This document shows, piece by piece, positions 12,331-25,275 of a stretch of DNA of 64,000 nt. Every line of letters starts with the position of its first letter. The stretch's first letter is position 1. Below the pieces are notes generated by a model that saw nothing but the letters and a program-made list of their open reading frames with translations, was not told the origin of the DNA and made no database searches. Location of the stretch: NCBI GenBank assembly GCA_013265495.1, contig MU058337.1, forward strand, positions 4,754,716 through 4,818,715, read 5' to 3'. Origin of the DNA: Vicugna vicugna (taxonomy: Eukaryota). The position numbers and the translations under genes are program-made.

Positions 12331-13365
12331 AATGTACCCTCCTGACAATGGTAACCACTTCTGCCTTCCAAAGGGCAGTAGGATACATGTGAGTGCACTG
12401 CAGGGAGGGAGCTCACAGCCAGGCTGTCAAAGCAAATTCTGTATATTGGGGAATAAGAACCGTGACCTTTGTCTTACAAGGTAAATAGTGATGAATGATT
12501 CAGAAGTACGTGGAACTTGGAAAGACTGTATGTTTTCAGTTTGATCATAGACCCTGAACAATTATAAAGTAAGGATTGAAAAACTAAAAAGTGATTCAAC
12601 TGTATAAAAACAATATCAATTACAGTCACGTAAGCTGTTTGCCTTTTATGAATAGTTCCCACTTTGCACAGGAACTACGCACGAGCCGTCCTTGGGTTTG
12701 CTGCTAGACACTGGCTTTGAAGCGCCTTTGAAGTGCGCCCCAGCACTCTCTTCAGGAGCCAGTGTCCTTCATCCTGCCCCGGAGGCCCGCCTCACTTAAT
12801 GAGAGGCTGGAGGGCCGGGTGCCTCCCCATGTACCCTGCTCTCCACTGGCAGCCACTCCAGTTGCCACTCTGGCTTGGGCGGCAGGCACCCAGCTCTCCA
12901 CTGCTTTTCCTTGTGAACATGTAACATCTTTTCCTTAATTTCTGCATTGCAGTGAACAATGAGGAATTGTGGAGCTGTTTCATGGTAATGGGGACAGAAG
13001 GAACAACTTACAGCTTCTGTCTTATCTTCTACCTTTCTCACTGGGAGACCTGCTCCGTGTGGTTAGGGGCAGTCCACTTTCCACCGTAGGAGTCTCCATA
13101 CTTCAGTGTCTGGGTCCACCTGAAGTCCCAACCCCAGGCCAAGTATTTTTCTCTCTCTTTACCTAGCCTAAGGCCCCCCACTTGTGTCACCATATCTTAT
13201 CCCTGACCTGACAACTTTCATTGATTAACAATGACACCATTGTTCCTTTCAAAGCCTCACCCGAACTGACACCTGACCTATGGCCTTGATAAGACAATAA
13301 CACAATGGTACAACATCTGTACAATTTTCAAGATTTGTGTTATCTGATAAGAAGGGTAAGGATGT

Positions 13366-13473
13366 GTGGTGACTATACAATTTATTCCCCAAATCAAAAC
13401 ATTTTGAGAGTGAAATGAGGGCTATTATTAACTATGCTGGGACAATAAGCAAAAATAGGATGTATGCATCACC
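13366..13473. mobile_element. hAT-Blackjack MITE, MER94-like
   Basis: ggtgactatacaatttattccccaaa...cattttgagagtgaaa...gctattattaactatgctgggacaa...tcaccc, with GGTGAC/TCACCC-type termini. Confidence 0.7.
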
Positions 13474-14238
13474 CCCACAAATTTGGCCTGTTGACAGTCC
13501 AGAGCAAATGGGGTTGCACAGAGCGTTAGCCCATTCCTCCTCATTGAGTGTCTAAAAATATTGGGGTCCTGTCTTATCCAGGCACATCAACCATATGAAC
13601 AAATACCTTTGTTGCACATTATTTTATTATGATGGAACAATTCACAATTTGGTAACTATTCGCAGCCTCTACAAATAATTTTCTTCTGTTTATCCAGAGT
13701 ATGTCTCCAGGGGATACATTTTCAGTTGATTTGTAAAATCAGCAAACACTATTTGGTCATAACTTCTGATTTTTAACCTTTGTCAATTATCTTGATTTGG
13801 CTGCCAAAAGAGACAGGTGTCTGAGGTGAGGTTGCTTCAACATAAATACATCGTGACCACTGGAAAAACGATTTAAAAAATCAAGTTTAGTAAAGAGTGA
13901 CAGAGAGACAGCGGGTGCTGGAGGAGTGATTGTACAGCTGAAAAACTGCACAGTGAACCAGCGCACCACATCAGCATCCAAGACCTTAGCAGAGTTTAGA
14001 AATGACCTCATTGCTGTTTCTAAAATAGAATGGGCAGAGTGGCCTAGTCTCAGATTTTTATCATTGTGGCAAATTTTGTAAATGTTGTTTGCCTGAGGAA
14101 TCTAATGTCCCAGCGTTTATCACAGCCTTGATAAAGTCTCCAGGCTGGTCTATTAGCCAAGGATGGCAGGCAGAAAGGAATGGCTCTGGAGCATTAATTT
14201 GTTTTGATAGGGAATAAGGCAAACATAGATGAGCTAGT

Positions 14239-14420
14239 TAAAATAACAATCATGGAGGAGGGTATGTTACTTTTTTGTTTTTTTGTGTTTGTGTTTTGTG
14301 TTTTTTACTCACTGGACACAGTGCATTTTCTTAAAAATAACAATCATGGAGAAGGGTATGTTACTTTTTTGGGGTTTTTTTGTTTGTGTTTTGTACTCAC
14401 TGGACAGTGCATTTTCTTAA
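14239..14420 (+). repeat. Tandem duplication, ~90-bp unit, two copies
   Basis: aaataacaatcatggagRagggtatgttactttttt...tactcactggaca(ca)gtgcattttcttaa occurs twice in tandem. Confidence 0.95.
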
Positions 14421-14714
14421 TATCAGTCATTCCTACTATGGATTATTTCATGTGTTCAAGCCTGTGTATTTTGTCAATCTGAGCTTTTTTTCCTTAGAAT
14501 TGATTTATTTAATATATGGGCTGCTTTACAATTAGGCTGGCTGCCTATGTCGATCCGAGGAAACCAAATTGTTGTAGCAGGACCATTCTCGTTGCTATAG
14601 TGGTTTTTGCAATTCGAGCTTTTTGAATAAGAGGGCCCATTTCAAAGCAATGCTGTGGGTGTACTGAGCTGATTGTTTTCTATGGATTTTTTGTTATTGT
14701 TGCTGTTGTTAATA

Positions 14715-14950
14715 TGGAGGCAGCTGAGTGTAACAGTCATGGGCTCAATTTTGTCATGAGTTCAGCCTTCAGCTCTCAGTGTGGCCTTAGACGTGCTACT
14801 TGAACTTTCTGTGCCTCAGTTTTCTCATCTATAAAATAGGGATAATAATGATGATAATGGTATCTACTTCATGGGGTCGCTGTATTGCATGATCTAAAAG
14901 ATACAGTGGTTAACACAGTATTTGTAGTCTGATAAATACCAGCTATCAGT
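14715..14950 (+). mobile_element. MIR SINE
   Basis: tctgtgcctcagttttctcatctataaaatagggataataat is the MIR core. Confidence 0.85.
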
Positions 14951-15470
14951 ATTTGCATTCTAGATAAGAGTGACATTTTTATTGTTGAGATGTAAAGTGC
15001 TGTGGAGTGTTGAGTTTTAAAAACTGTCGTTGGATAAAGAGTTCTGGGTCATACGATGCTATATGTCATTTTTGGAGTTCTTTCAGAGAACACAGCTCAG
15101 CAAAGCAAATGCATTGACATGTGTGAAATAAGAGAAAAGAATTACAGCCAAAGGCTTATTTAAAATTTCCCTGGAAATGAGCTTCAAATCCCACACGTAG
15201 AGAAGTACTGTTTACAGACCGTTTTCCAGATGTCATAAATTCCATTATAGACCTGTCATCCAAAGTCCTAGTACCTTATTTGTATTTAACTCTCTTCATG
15301 CCACTTGTAATAAGAACAACCAGTTAAAGGGATTTCTAATGAAAATTCATAATATAGTTCAGATAAAGTTTTCTTGTAATTGCTTTCCTGCTAATGTGGT
15401 GTTTATCCATATGTCATGTAGAAACTAAATGCCCCTGTGCTTTTTTATAATGTGAATGGACCTCATTTTA

Positions 15471-15713
15471 TTTTTTAATTAATCTATTATTTTACTTAAC
15501 AACTGTGCACTTTATTTTTTAAAATATACATATATATACTGTTCATTGTTTGTAAGAACAGTTTAGAGCTTTAGCTTTTTAAACTTACGTAGTTATCAAA
15601 GGAATAAAGCAAACCACAAAATAAGAATCAACAGAATGTAGTAATCCATTCATGAAGGACAGTCAGATATGCTTACACATATTCAAGAAATCAATCATCT
15701 AAGTTATAAATAA
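15471..15713 (-). pseudogene. Putative retrocopied or transduced polyadenylated 3' end (parent not identified)
   Basis: The - strand reads ...gtatattttaaaaAATAAAgtgcacagttgttaagt followed by an A-rich tail. It is not L1-like and lies inside the same TSD pair as the adjacent L1. Confidence 0.55.
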
Positions 15714-16154
15714 TAAATAGTTCATTTGTATCCTTTTTTTAAGATTCCACATATAAGTGATATCATATGGTATTTTTCTTTCTCTTTCTGGCTTACTTCA
15801 CTTAGAATAACTATCTCCAGGTCCATCCAAATTGCTGCAAATGGCATTATTTTATTCTTTTTTATGGCTGAGTAGTATTCCATTGTGTTATATATACCAG
15901 CTCTTCTTTATTCAGTCTGTTGATGGACATTTGGATTGTTTCCACATCTTGGCTATTGTAAATAGTGCTGCTATTGTATTAGGGGTACATGTGTCTTTTT
16001 GAATTATATTTTTCTCCAGATATATGCCCAGGAGTGGGATTGCTGAATCATATGGTAAGTCCATTTTTAGTTTTTTAAGGGACCTCCATACTGTCCTCCG
16101 TAGTGGCTGCACGAATTTACATTCCCACCAACAGTGTATGTAGGTTCCTTTATC
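15714..16154 (-). mobile_element. LINE-1 fragment (ORF2 C-terminus) lacking its own distal 3'UTR
   Basis: ORF 15912-16259 contains [12 protein letters not shown]...[13 protein letters not shown]...KQSKCPSTD. The DNA is closely similar to 5115-5540. Confidence 0.95.
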
Positions 16155-18564
16155 TGTGAGTAGACTTCGTTTTAGATGAATGACTTGATACCAGATCTCA
16201 GTTGGGTCAGAGGGGAGCAAAGATTCTAGGAGGAGACAATTGTCACATTTTTCTGGCATGTGTGGAAACAGTTTTTAGGACTTTCCTTCTGTGATTTGTT
16301 AGTTCAGAGACACTTCCTAAGGATGCATTGAAGAGGTTTGAGTTGAAGAATTTAGATATGTCCAGGAGACATTTGTGCCAACAGGGAGTTTTTTTGTTCA
16401 TTTAGTGTTAACAGTCTTAATTTAAGCAACTTTGTAAAAAGATAATCACAAGCCATTGATTTTGAGTTCCTCCATGTCAGATGCTGTTTCAATCATTATT
16501 AAGGAACATTCATGACGTTTATACTGCTGAGTTTCAGCATGGTGTCCCAAACGGCCACTATCAATTAGCCCAACTTGTCACTTGAGGGGAAACCTCTTTG
16601 CCAGGTTATGCTGTGCGTTTGTTCTCACAATTTCTGCACCAAGGTGATTAAGATGATTAACTCTGTCATGTGCAAAGGCATAAGTCCTAAGACAGGCTAA
16701 ATAATATTTGATGCCCTTAATTACTTTGCTGAGTTCCATGGGAGTACGTGTTTCTGCCTATGTGAAGATGCCAGTCATAGGCCCTGCTTTTCCATCTAGA
16801 CTGGACTCGATTATCTCAAGGTGGCAGATACATGCCTCCGTCATTCATTCTCTGAGCACGTTCAGGAAAAGCTCACAGATCTGGTCAGGGGATGCTGGCT
16901 GGTCATCTTCTTTCCGAAGTATTGGAAAAATTAAAAAGGCATGAAAGACAACACTGAAACAACCCGGAGCCTGACTGAACACCATACCCCCTCACAGTCT
17001 CTGCTCTGCATGGGCCTCTTTGAAATGCAAGGCACTTGCATTGTTCTGATGAGATTTTTGCCTTCGTGCAGGCAGCGCTATGTCTTACTGGTCTGTGTTT
17101 GATACTCAAGGTCTAGCTCAGTGCTTTGTTCAAGGCCTACAGACAATATACTCTTTCAAATGTAATAAACACTGCCTTGGGAGAAGAAGATGACAAAGTA
17201 AACGGCTCACCTTCAAAGCATTTGTTTTTTTGATGCTTCAGACATTTGCTCAATAACGTGCATATTTCAGAAGGAGATCAAGGAGAGTGGCGTGCATCAG
17301 TTTTCCCATAGTAGTAAGGAAACATGCCCGCAATCTGTTCCCCATGTACGCAGGCCAGGCTGTCCTGTGCTCGCGACACAGGTGTTAACCTCCACCTGCT
17401 GAAACCAGGGAATTCTAAGCGAGGCTCTCCTGGCTGATCCTGCTGTGGGACAAACAGAAGCTAAAAGCATGCTTTTAATGAACCCAAATGAAACTGTTAC
17501 CTAATTAATCCTGCCTTAAGTCAATTGTCAGTTGACACTTAATTGATTAAAGATGTTGGGACTTTTTAAACTAGATTTTCAATTTAGGTAATCATAATTG
17601 ATAGATTGGAATTAATTTTCTTCTCTTTGGGAAATGCTGCCTTCTCAATTTCCATTTTTATGTAAATGTCTTACTTTATTATTTCCTGTGGAAGCATTTT
17701 TTCATATATACAGTCTTGTATAGTCTATGTGGGGACATATATATATATTTCTATAATACATATGCACATGTAGACACATATATCCAAATATTATAGAACA
17801 CTGATTTGGCATGGCCTAAATTATAGTCCATTCTAATAAGACTTTTGTAAGTCTGATTCTCTTTTATTCCTTATAGTGTAAACAACCATATATATGTGTA
17901 TATACATATAAATGCCTTTTCTATACAGATTTGTTTAATTAGGAGAAGCAATTACAACCTGGTCATACTATTCTACATTTTATATAATAACAATGAACAA
18001 AGAGCTATTTGGAATAGTTTGTCAAATTAAAAGCAGTACAGACGTAAGGTCACAAATAAAAATAATTATTTTAAAATAACGCTTTCATTAAAATATTATA
18101 GTGCTGTACTTGTGGGGAATCGTGGATGAAAAATTAATGTGTTGTGGGTAGAAAATAATGGTCAGCGATTCATTTCAATGTAATTGCAGGAGATAGAATA
18201 GAAAGGCCTTCTGTTTTGATGGTTTTGATAGCAGATGTTTCAAAGCTCCCTGCTGGCTGTGTTTTTAGAGATAAATGCAACTGCTCAAATGGAAGTGTAT
18301 TTAGGTCAACAAAAAACTTGAAAGTCTTTTTTTAATAGTTCAACCAAATGTTTCATTGGTCACTTTTAGATTTAAATAAAAGGTAAGTAATGTGATCTGT
18401 AGCTCAAAATAAACCCTCTTAGGAGACAGAAAAATGCTAATGACTTTTAAACAAAAAATTCCTGTATCTGTCTGTCTGTCATCTACTTCTTTAATTTAGA
18501 CCTCAGATTGAAATAATCATGCCTTGATTTTAATAGCTGTATATGAAAAACTGTTTGCAAGGTC

Positions 18565-18630
18565 CTTCATCTGTCTATCTATCTATCATCTATCTAATTT
18601 ATCTAATCTATCATCTACCTACTTACTTAT
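18565..18630. repeat. (TCTA)n-type simple repeat
   Basis: tctatctatctatcatctatctaatttatctaatctatcatctacctac. Confidence 0.8.
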
Positions 18631-18639
18631 TGTCATTTT

Positions 18640-19235
18640 CTCCTAATAAACACATTAAATGACCTTAAATACACCAATATGTAATGTTTTGTGTGTATTT
18701 TTTAAGTTTACAAAACTATTGTTATTTATATTGCTATAGATTTTTGTCTTTGTTTTATTTCAATATTATGTGTTTTATATCTTGCCATGTTGCATCTCTC
18801 TGCTGAATTTAAAGTGGGCTTCCAGTATATTCTACTATTCGACTCCCTACTATTGTGATAGTTTTGAGAAAAGGACCCTGGGGCTACCCCTAACTCCCCA
18901 GAGCCACATAAAAGGCCATGGCAAACATTTTCACCTATGTCCCTAATGAAATTTGTAAGAATGTGTCTAGGGTATCTACCCAGAAGTGAGATTGCTGTAT
19001 CGTAAGGCAAACAAATTCTTAATTTATAAATCTAGCCAGTTTGATTTCCAGAATGGTTACACAATGTTATATCTACACATACTTAAGAGTTCTTGTCTCC
19101 TGATAGCTTTACCAACAGTTGATAATATTGACTTTCCTAAATTCTACCATTTTGATGGATCTAATGTGTTATTTCATTATTTTTCATTGTTGTTATTTGT
19201 GTTTCTATGATTAATAGTGAGCTTGAGCATTTAGT
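18640..19235 (-). mobile_element. Ancient L1-related fragment (HAL1/L1ME-like)
   Basis: ctagggtatctacccagaagtgagattgctg, ttccagaatggttacacaatgtt and gattaatagtgagcttgagcat are L1-like; the ORF reads MPYDTAISLLGRYP. Confidence 0.75.
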
Positions 19236-19679
19236 TCTATCTTAAGTACTGGGAGAAATACAAAACAAGATCTGAGATATAATGTAACTGAGCTTAGAAC
19301 ATGTTTGAAGATCAGAAAAAAAATAGAGAAAACAAATTAGCAATCTATGGTCTTAAATACTATGCGATTTTGGAGTATGAGATTAATCTGTGTTGTATTG
19401 TTTGACTGAGGCTTCATATAGAAAATGGGATCTGGATATTGTGATAGTTTTGAGAAAAGGAAGTAATTACAGGCCAGATAATGTGAGCCAGATCATGAAG
19501 GTGAGAATGAGGTGAGCTTATGTCTGGGAAGGTGAGTTGGCCAGACTGGGGAGAGCAATGATGACGTGTCTCTTGCATTCCACTGAAATGCCTCTTTTTG
19601 ATTAGTTAGGGATTGTGATCCTGATTAATAATGAAAGTTGTATTGGGAAGAAGTGCAACACTTTAAATTTATTTATTAT

Positions 19680-20010
19680 TTATATTTATTAAGCTTTTAT
19701 TATAATCACAACACTGTGTGGGTGAAAGGACCCAGTGGAACAAAGCCTCAGTCCATGTTCTCAAGGAGCCTCAAGTCTTGGGAAGAGCTGGTCAGGTAAA
19801 CGGTAGTAGGGCTAGAGTCGGGGGGCAAGAGCGCGGATCCCCAGGCAGTAGGGGTCAGATCAGCCTTCCCAGAGGAAGTGATGTCTAAATACAGATCTCG
19901 AGCGTGATACAGAATTAGCAAACAATGCAGGACATGGAGAGAGGGGACGTGAGGAAGGAGAAAGTGCTCAAGGCAGAAGAAACAGCATGAGTAAGAGCCT
20001 GGTTTCAGGG
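19680..20010 (-). mobile_element. LINE-2 fragment
   Basis: gttctcaaggagcctcaagtct, cttcccagaggaagtgatgtctaa and aaacagcatgagtaagagcctgg match reverse L2. Confidence 0.75.
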
Positions 20011-20029
20011 ACTGACACTTGTAGCAAGC

Positions 20030-22403
20030 TTTTTATACCTAATAGGTTGTATCTCTTAACCCCATATACCTATCTTGCCCCTCCCCTCTTTCCTTTCCTC
20101 ACTAATAGCCACTAGTTTGTATTCTGTATCTGAGTTTATTTCTGTTTTGCTATATACATTTGTTTGTTTTATGTTTTAGATTCTAGAAATAAATTATATC
20201 ATACAATATTTGTCTCTTTGTGTATGGCATATTTCACTAAGCATAATATTCTCTAGGTCTATCCACGTTGCTGCAAATGGCAGAATTTCATTCTTTTTTA
20301 TGGTTGAGTAATATTCAGCATATACAGTATCTTCTTTACCATTCGTTAATGAGCACTTGGGTTGCTTCCATATCTTGCCAATTGTAAACAGTGCTGCTGT
20401 GAACATGGGGGTGGGTGCATGTATCTTTTTGAATTAGTGTTTTCATTTTCTTCAGCTGTATACCCAGGATTGGAATTGCTGGATCATGTCATAGTTCTAT
20501 TCTTACTTTTTAAAGGAAACTCCATATTGTTTTCCATAGTGCCTGCACCAATTTACATTCTCCCCAGTAGTGTACAAGGCTTCCCTTTTCTCCACATCCT
20601 CTCTAACATCTGTTATTTGTAGATTTTTTTGAAGATACCCATTCTGACAGGTGTGAAGTGATAGCTCTTTCGTTTGATTTGCATTTCTCTTATAATTAGT
20701 GATGTTGAGCAACTTTTCATGTGCCTGTTATCCATCCGTATGTCTTCTTGGGAAACATGTCAATTCAGGTCCATTTTTAGACTGGGTAGTTTGTTTTTGA
20801 TATTGTGTAGTATGAGCTGTTTATATATTTTGGATATTAACTGATTGTTGATCATATCATTTTCATTTGCAAGTATTTTCTCCCATTCTGTAGGTTGTCT
20901 TTTCATTTTGTTGATTGTTTCCTTTGCTATGCAAAAAGCTTTAAAATTTAATTAAATCCTATTTGTCTATTCTGGCTTTTATTTATTTTGCCTTAGGAGA
21001 TAGATCCAAAAATATTGATATGATTTATATCAAAGAGTGTTCTGCCTGTGTTCTCTTCTAGGTTTGGTTTCAGGTTTGGTTTCTCTTCTAGGTATGGTTT
21101 CAGGTCTTACATTTAGGTCTTTAACTTATTTTGAGCTTATTTTTTATACAGTGTGAGGAAATTTTCTAATCTCATTCTTTTACATGTAACTGTAATTTTC
21201 CCAGCACTGCTTATTGAAGAGTGTCTTTTCTCCATTGTATATTCTTGCCTCCTTTGTCATAGATTAATTGGCCATAGATGTGCGGGTTTATTTCTGGACT
21301 CTCTATTCTTTTCACTGATCTATTATATGTCTGTTCTTGTGCCAAGACCATGTTGTTTTGATTACTGTAGATTTGTAGTGTAATCTGAAGTCAGGGAGTG
21401 TTATACCTCCAGCTTTGTTCTTTCTTCTCAAGATTGCTTTGGCAGTTTGTTTTGTTTTGTTTGTGTGTGTGTTTAGTTCTATATAAATTTTAGGATTATT
21501 TGTTCTAGTTCTGTGAAAAATGTCATGGGTATTTTGATGGGGATTTTATTAAATCTGTAGATTCCTTTGGGTAGTATGGCCTTTATAACAATATTAATTC
21601 TTCCAGTTTAAGAGCATAGGATGTCTTTCCATTTCTTTGTATCATCTTCAATTTTTCATAAATGTTTTTTAGTTTTCAAAGTACAAATCTTTCACCTTCT
21701 TGGCTAAGTTTATTCCTAGGTTTTTGATGCTATTTTTATGGGATATTTTTTGCTTTTTCTTTCTGATAATTCCTTATTAGTGTACATAAAAGCAAAGATG
21801 TCTGTATATTTATTTTGTATCCTGTAACTTTACTGTATTCATTTATTAGTTCTAGTAATTTTTTCACGGAGAGTTTAGGGTTTTCTATATGCATTATCAT
21901 GTCATCTGCAAATAGAGACAGTTTTACCTCTTCCTTCTGCTTTGGATGCCTTTTCTTTCTTTTTTTGCTTGCTTGTTTGTTTGATTGCTGTGGCTGGGAT
22001 ATTCAATACTATGTTAAATAGAAGTGGTAAGAGTGGGCATCCTTGTCTTTTCCCTGAATTTTAAGGAAACGCTCAGCTTTTCACAGTGAAATATGATTCC
22101 AGTTAGCTATGGGTTTGTCATAAATGGTCTATTATTATGTTGAGATATATTCTCTAAATACCAACTTTGATGAGAGTTTTTTATCATGAATGGATGTTGA
22201 ATTTTGTCATATGCTCTTCCTGCATCTATTGAGATGATCATGTGGTTTTTAGCCTTCCTTTTGATAATGTGATGTATCATGTTGATTGATTGTGAATACT
22301 GAACCATCCTTACATCCCTGGAATAAATCTCATTTGATCATGATGTATGAGCCTTTTCATACATTGTTGGTGTCTGTTTGCCAATATTTTGTTGAGGATT
22401 TTG
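20030..22403 (-). mobile_element. LINE-1 ORF2/3' region, decayed, ~2.4 kb
   Basis: Several L1 peptides with frameshifts: MFTAALFTIGKIWKQPKC..PFAATWIDLEN (20194-20406) and [23 protein letters not shown] (RT domain, 22107-22307). Confidence 0.95.
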
Positions 22404-25064
22404 AAGGCTAGTTTTCACACATCAGTAAGTGAAATGTTTGGTCTGTTACTCTTTGAGAAGTAGTGCTATGATTCTAAATGATAATAATTGCAGAATGGTA
22501 ATAATGGCTATCTGTAGGTTGAGAAATGATGAATGACTTTCATATACTTTTTTATCTTTTCTAGCATTTTTAATGTAAGTATTCATTATTTTTATAATGT
22601 GAATACCTAATAATAAGAAAAAGCCAATAACACTTTCCAGTTTGGCACACACACACACAAAAGTCTAATTTGGCTAATGAATCAGAGAACTAGCTTGACA
22701 ACCTTAGTAAAATAACTTATCATTAGGAATACAGTGTGGAGATAGTTTGAGCAAGTTTGCATATTAAACAATAAAATCTGAGAGTTTAGTTTACCATAAG
22801 AAGGAGTCAATAGTTTAAAATTTTTAAAAAGAGATAAACTAAAAATAATAGCCATATCTTATGGAAATATATGGTTATTATGTTCCACTTTGAATTATGG
22901 AGATTTCCTGTAGTTTGATGAATTTCATAAACCTAACCTGGAGAAACTGAGACATGTTCTGAATATAGTAATATAGTATTTCTAAGAGCAAAGGGTAAAG
23001 GAATTATTATTTTTAAATATAGAGGAAAAAGAGGCTAAAATAACGTTATTATTTACCATTGTAAGCTTCTTACTCCTAAAATGGATGCCGAAGGACTTTT
23101 CTATAAATATGTTATAAACACACAAAATGGAGCAAAAGCAAGTGGTCTCAAGGGAAAGCTAGAGATGGTAGAAAAAGGCAAAAGGGAAATATCTGAAACC
23201 TCAAATTGGTAAAAGCAAGGAATGTGTTAGCCCTCCAGCTCCCGGAAGAGAAGAGAAAGAAAATGTGTCCAGGGTATCAGAAGACCGAACAGATGACCAC
23301 TGCAGAATGTTTCTGGATCTGATTCCATGCTGGAGTATTCTAAGTGTAAGAGGAGTCTGCTTTCCCTTTTGTTTTAAATCTATTTGAAGCAATGTCAAAA
23401 AATCTATTAGTATAGAAAACTAGCCTTTTTCTCCCTAATTTAAAAGCTAGATTTTTCATCATCTTCTTCTTTTTCTGTAACAGAACCCCAGTATGGCTAC
23501 CCCTCAGCATTTCTCTCTTCTTGAGAGTGTAATTATTTCCATCTTGGTGGTCAAAATTAATGTTCTTTTTAAAAAATCCACCTAATTTTCCATTCTATAA
23601 ATTATATTTTCCTATACTGTCTTTTGTCCCAGATCCACACTTCACAGTCTGCAGTAATTTTTCCAGGTTTCTTTTACTAACCTAGTTAACACTTTCAAAT
23701 GGGACAGCTTTTTAATGGTTAGTGGTTGTTGATTAATACTATTCTATTCGTCCCTCCTTTTGTAACACATACCTTGTTCCCTAGAATGTACCTGAGGATG
23801 AACAGTTCTATTTCTTGCCATTTTTGTGTTGCCATTCTTTCTTATTCCTGCCCCACTGCTACTCCCTGGGTTTTGGAGAAGAAAGCTGGAGAGTATTTTT
23901 TATCAACATGTAAATCTGCATTTAACCCCATAGGTACTTTGCATTCTCAAGAAGTGTTGCATGATCTGAAGTGTGGCAGTATTTTCATTAACTAAGGTCA
24001 CTTGGATGTGTATTTCTGTGTCCAAAACACTTCCACTTTAAAATATTTAATTCACACAAATAACTGTTGTTCTTGTTTCATGCTTATTATGTATATAGCC
24101 TTGCAGGAGTTTTTAAAAAATAAATCAAACACTGTGAGACTCGGCATAGAAAGAACTTAAAATCTGGTTTGAGTTGGGGTGGGGAACTGAGACTTATTGA
24201 AAATCATTTACCTTGAAAATTATTGATGACATCAGCAACATATAATGCCAAAACTCCTTTTAAGATGTAGAGTAATAAGAAAGTAGAAAAGTAATGAGGA
24301 TCATGGGCCATATCTGCGGACTTTGAAAGCTTTGCGTTGTTTGAATTTGGAAAATGGAGCAAAGCTTTGATCATCTGGGTTTTAAAAATTGTGTTTGTTA
24401 CCATTTCTGTTTTGTCCACCGCTTGGTGTTCTGAATGATAGTGTCTCTCAAGAAAAATCAATTTTTGCTTAATCTTCCTCTCTGAGCCAAATTCCTGTAT
24501 CAGCAGCGTTATATGCATTTTAATTAATTGCCCTAACGCTCTTCTCTAGTATCTTATTCTTAAGCAAAAGTTCATTTTCTCACTTCATTCAATTATTGAT
24601 TAGCCTTGCATTCTTCCTCTCCCCATTTGTAATTTTACTTAGCAAAGTGCTTAAGAGAAAATGTAGCTTCTTTTCAATGTAGTAGCAGACATGCTCGGCT
24701 GCATATGACCTAGAAAATTCTGCTGCAGAACTTGGTTTGATGACCTTCAGCAAATTCTTTAGTCTTTCTGTGTTTTGGTTTTAGCATTCTTACTGGTAAG
24801 CTACTTGAAATAGAGGTGTCTTCTTAATTCCTTCAGTCTTGCCAGGATCTGTTTGTCTGTATCTATCCAGCTATCTCTCATCTTTTCCTCCTCTTCCTCC
24901 TCATTCTCCTTCTTTATCATCATTTCTTCATCATCGCCTCTATGTAAAATTTTTTGTAACTGTGACATACCTTAGAACCAAGTCACAATTAATCTGATTA
25001 CTTGGGGCATGAGACTTCTGGTTAAGTGAACTTTACAGGTGACTCAGCATCATTTGATGAGTAG

Positions 25065-25275
25065 GAGGGCTGGCTTTAGAATCAGGCAGCCCGAGTTCAA
25101 ACATATGCTACCTCTATGGACTTGAGCAATTTAATTAAACATTCTCTTCTGTACAGTGGAAATAACTCTATCTCAGAGTTATTTGGGGGATGGCCAAATG
25201 CATTTATAAATATGAAACATTTAAAAGAGGACTTGGGACATTTAAGTCTTTAATCAGTATTTGCCATTATTATTA
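25065..25275 (+). mobile_element. MIR SINE
   Basis: ggctttagaatcaggcagcccgagttcaaa...cttgagcaatttaattaa...gccattattattatt. Confidence 0.7.

Noticed and set aside
13787..14025. - strand ORF MRSFLNSAKVLDADVVRW... with an upstream ttttag acceptor
   Set aside because: No convincing donor and no recognisable domain.
1570..14420. Short direct repeats as a CRISPR-like array
   Set aside because: They are two-copy tandem duplications without unique spacers or cas genes, in a eukaryotic context.
23165..23350. Protein-like purine-rich open stretch ending at gtaaga
   Set aside because: There is an in-frame stop just upstream, no polypyrimidine acceptor and no recognisable homology.
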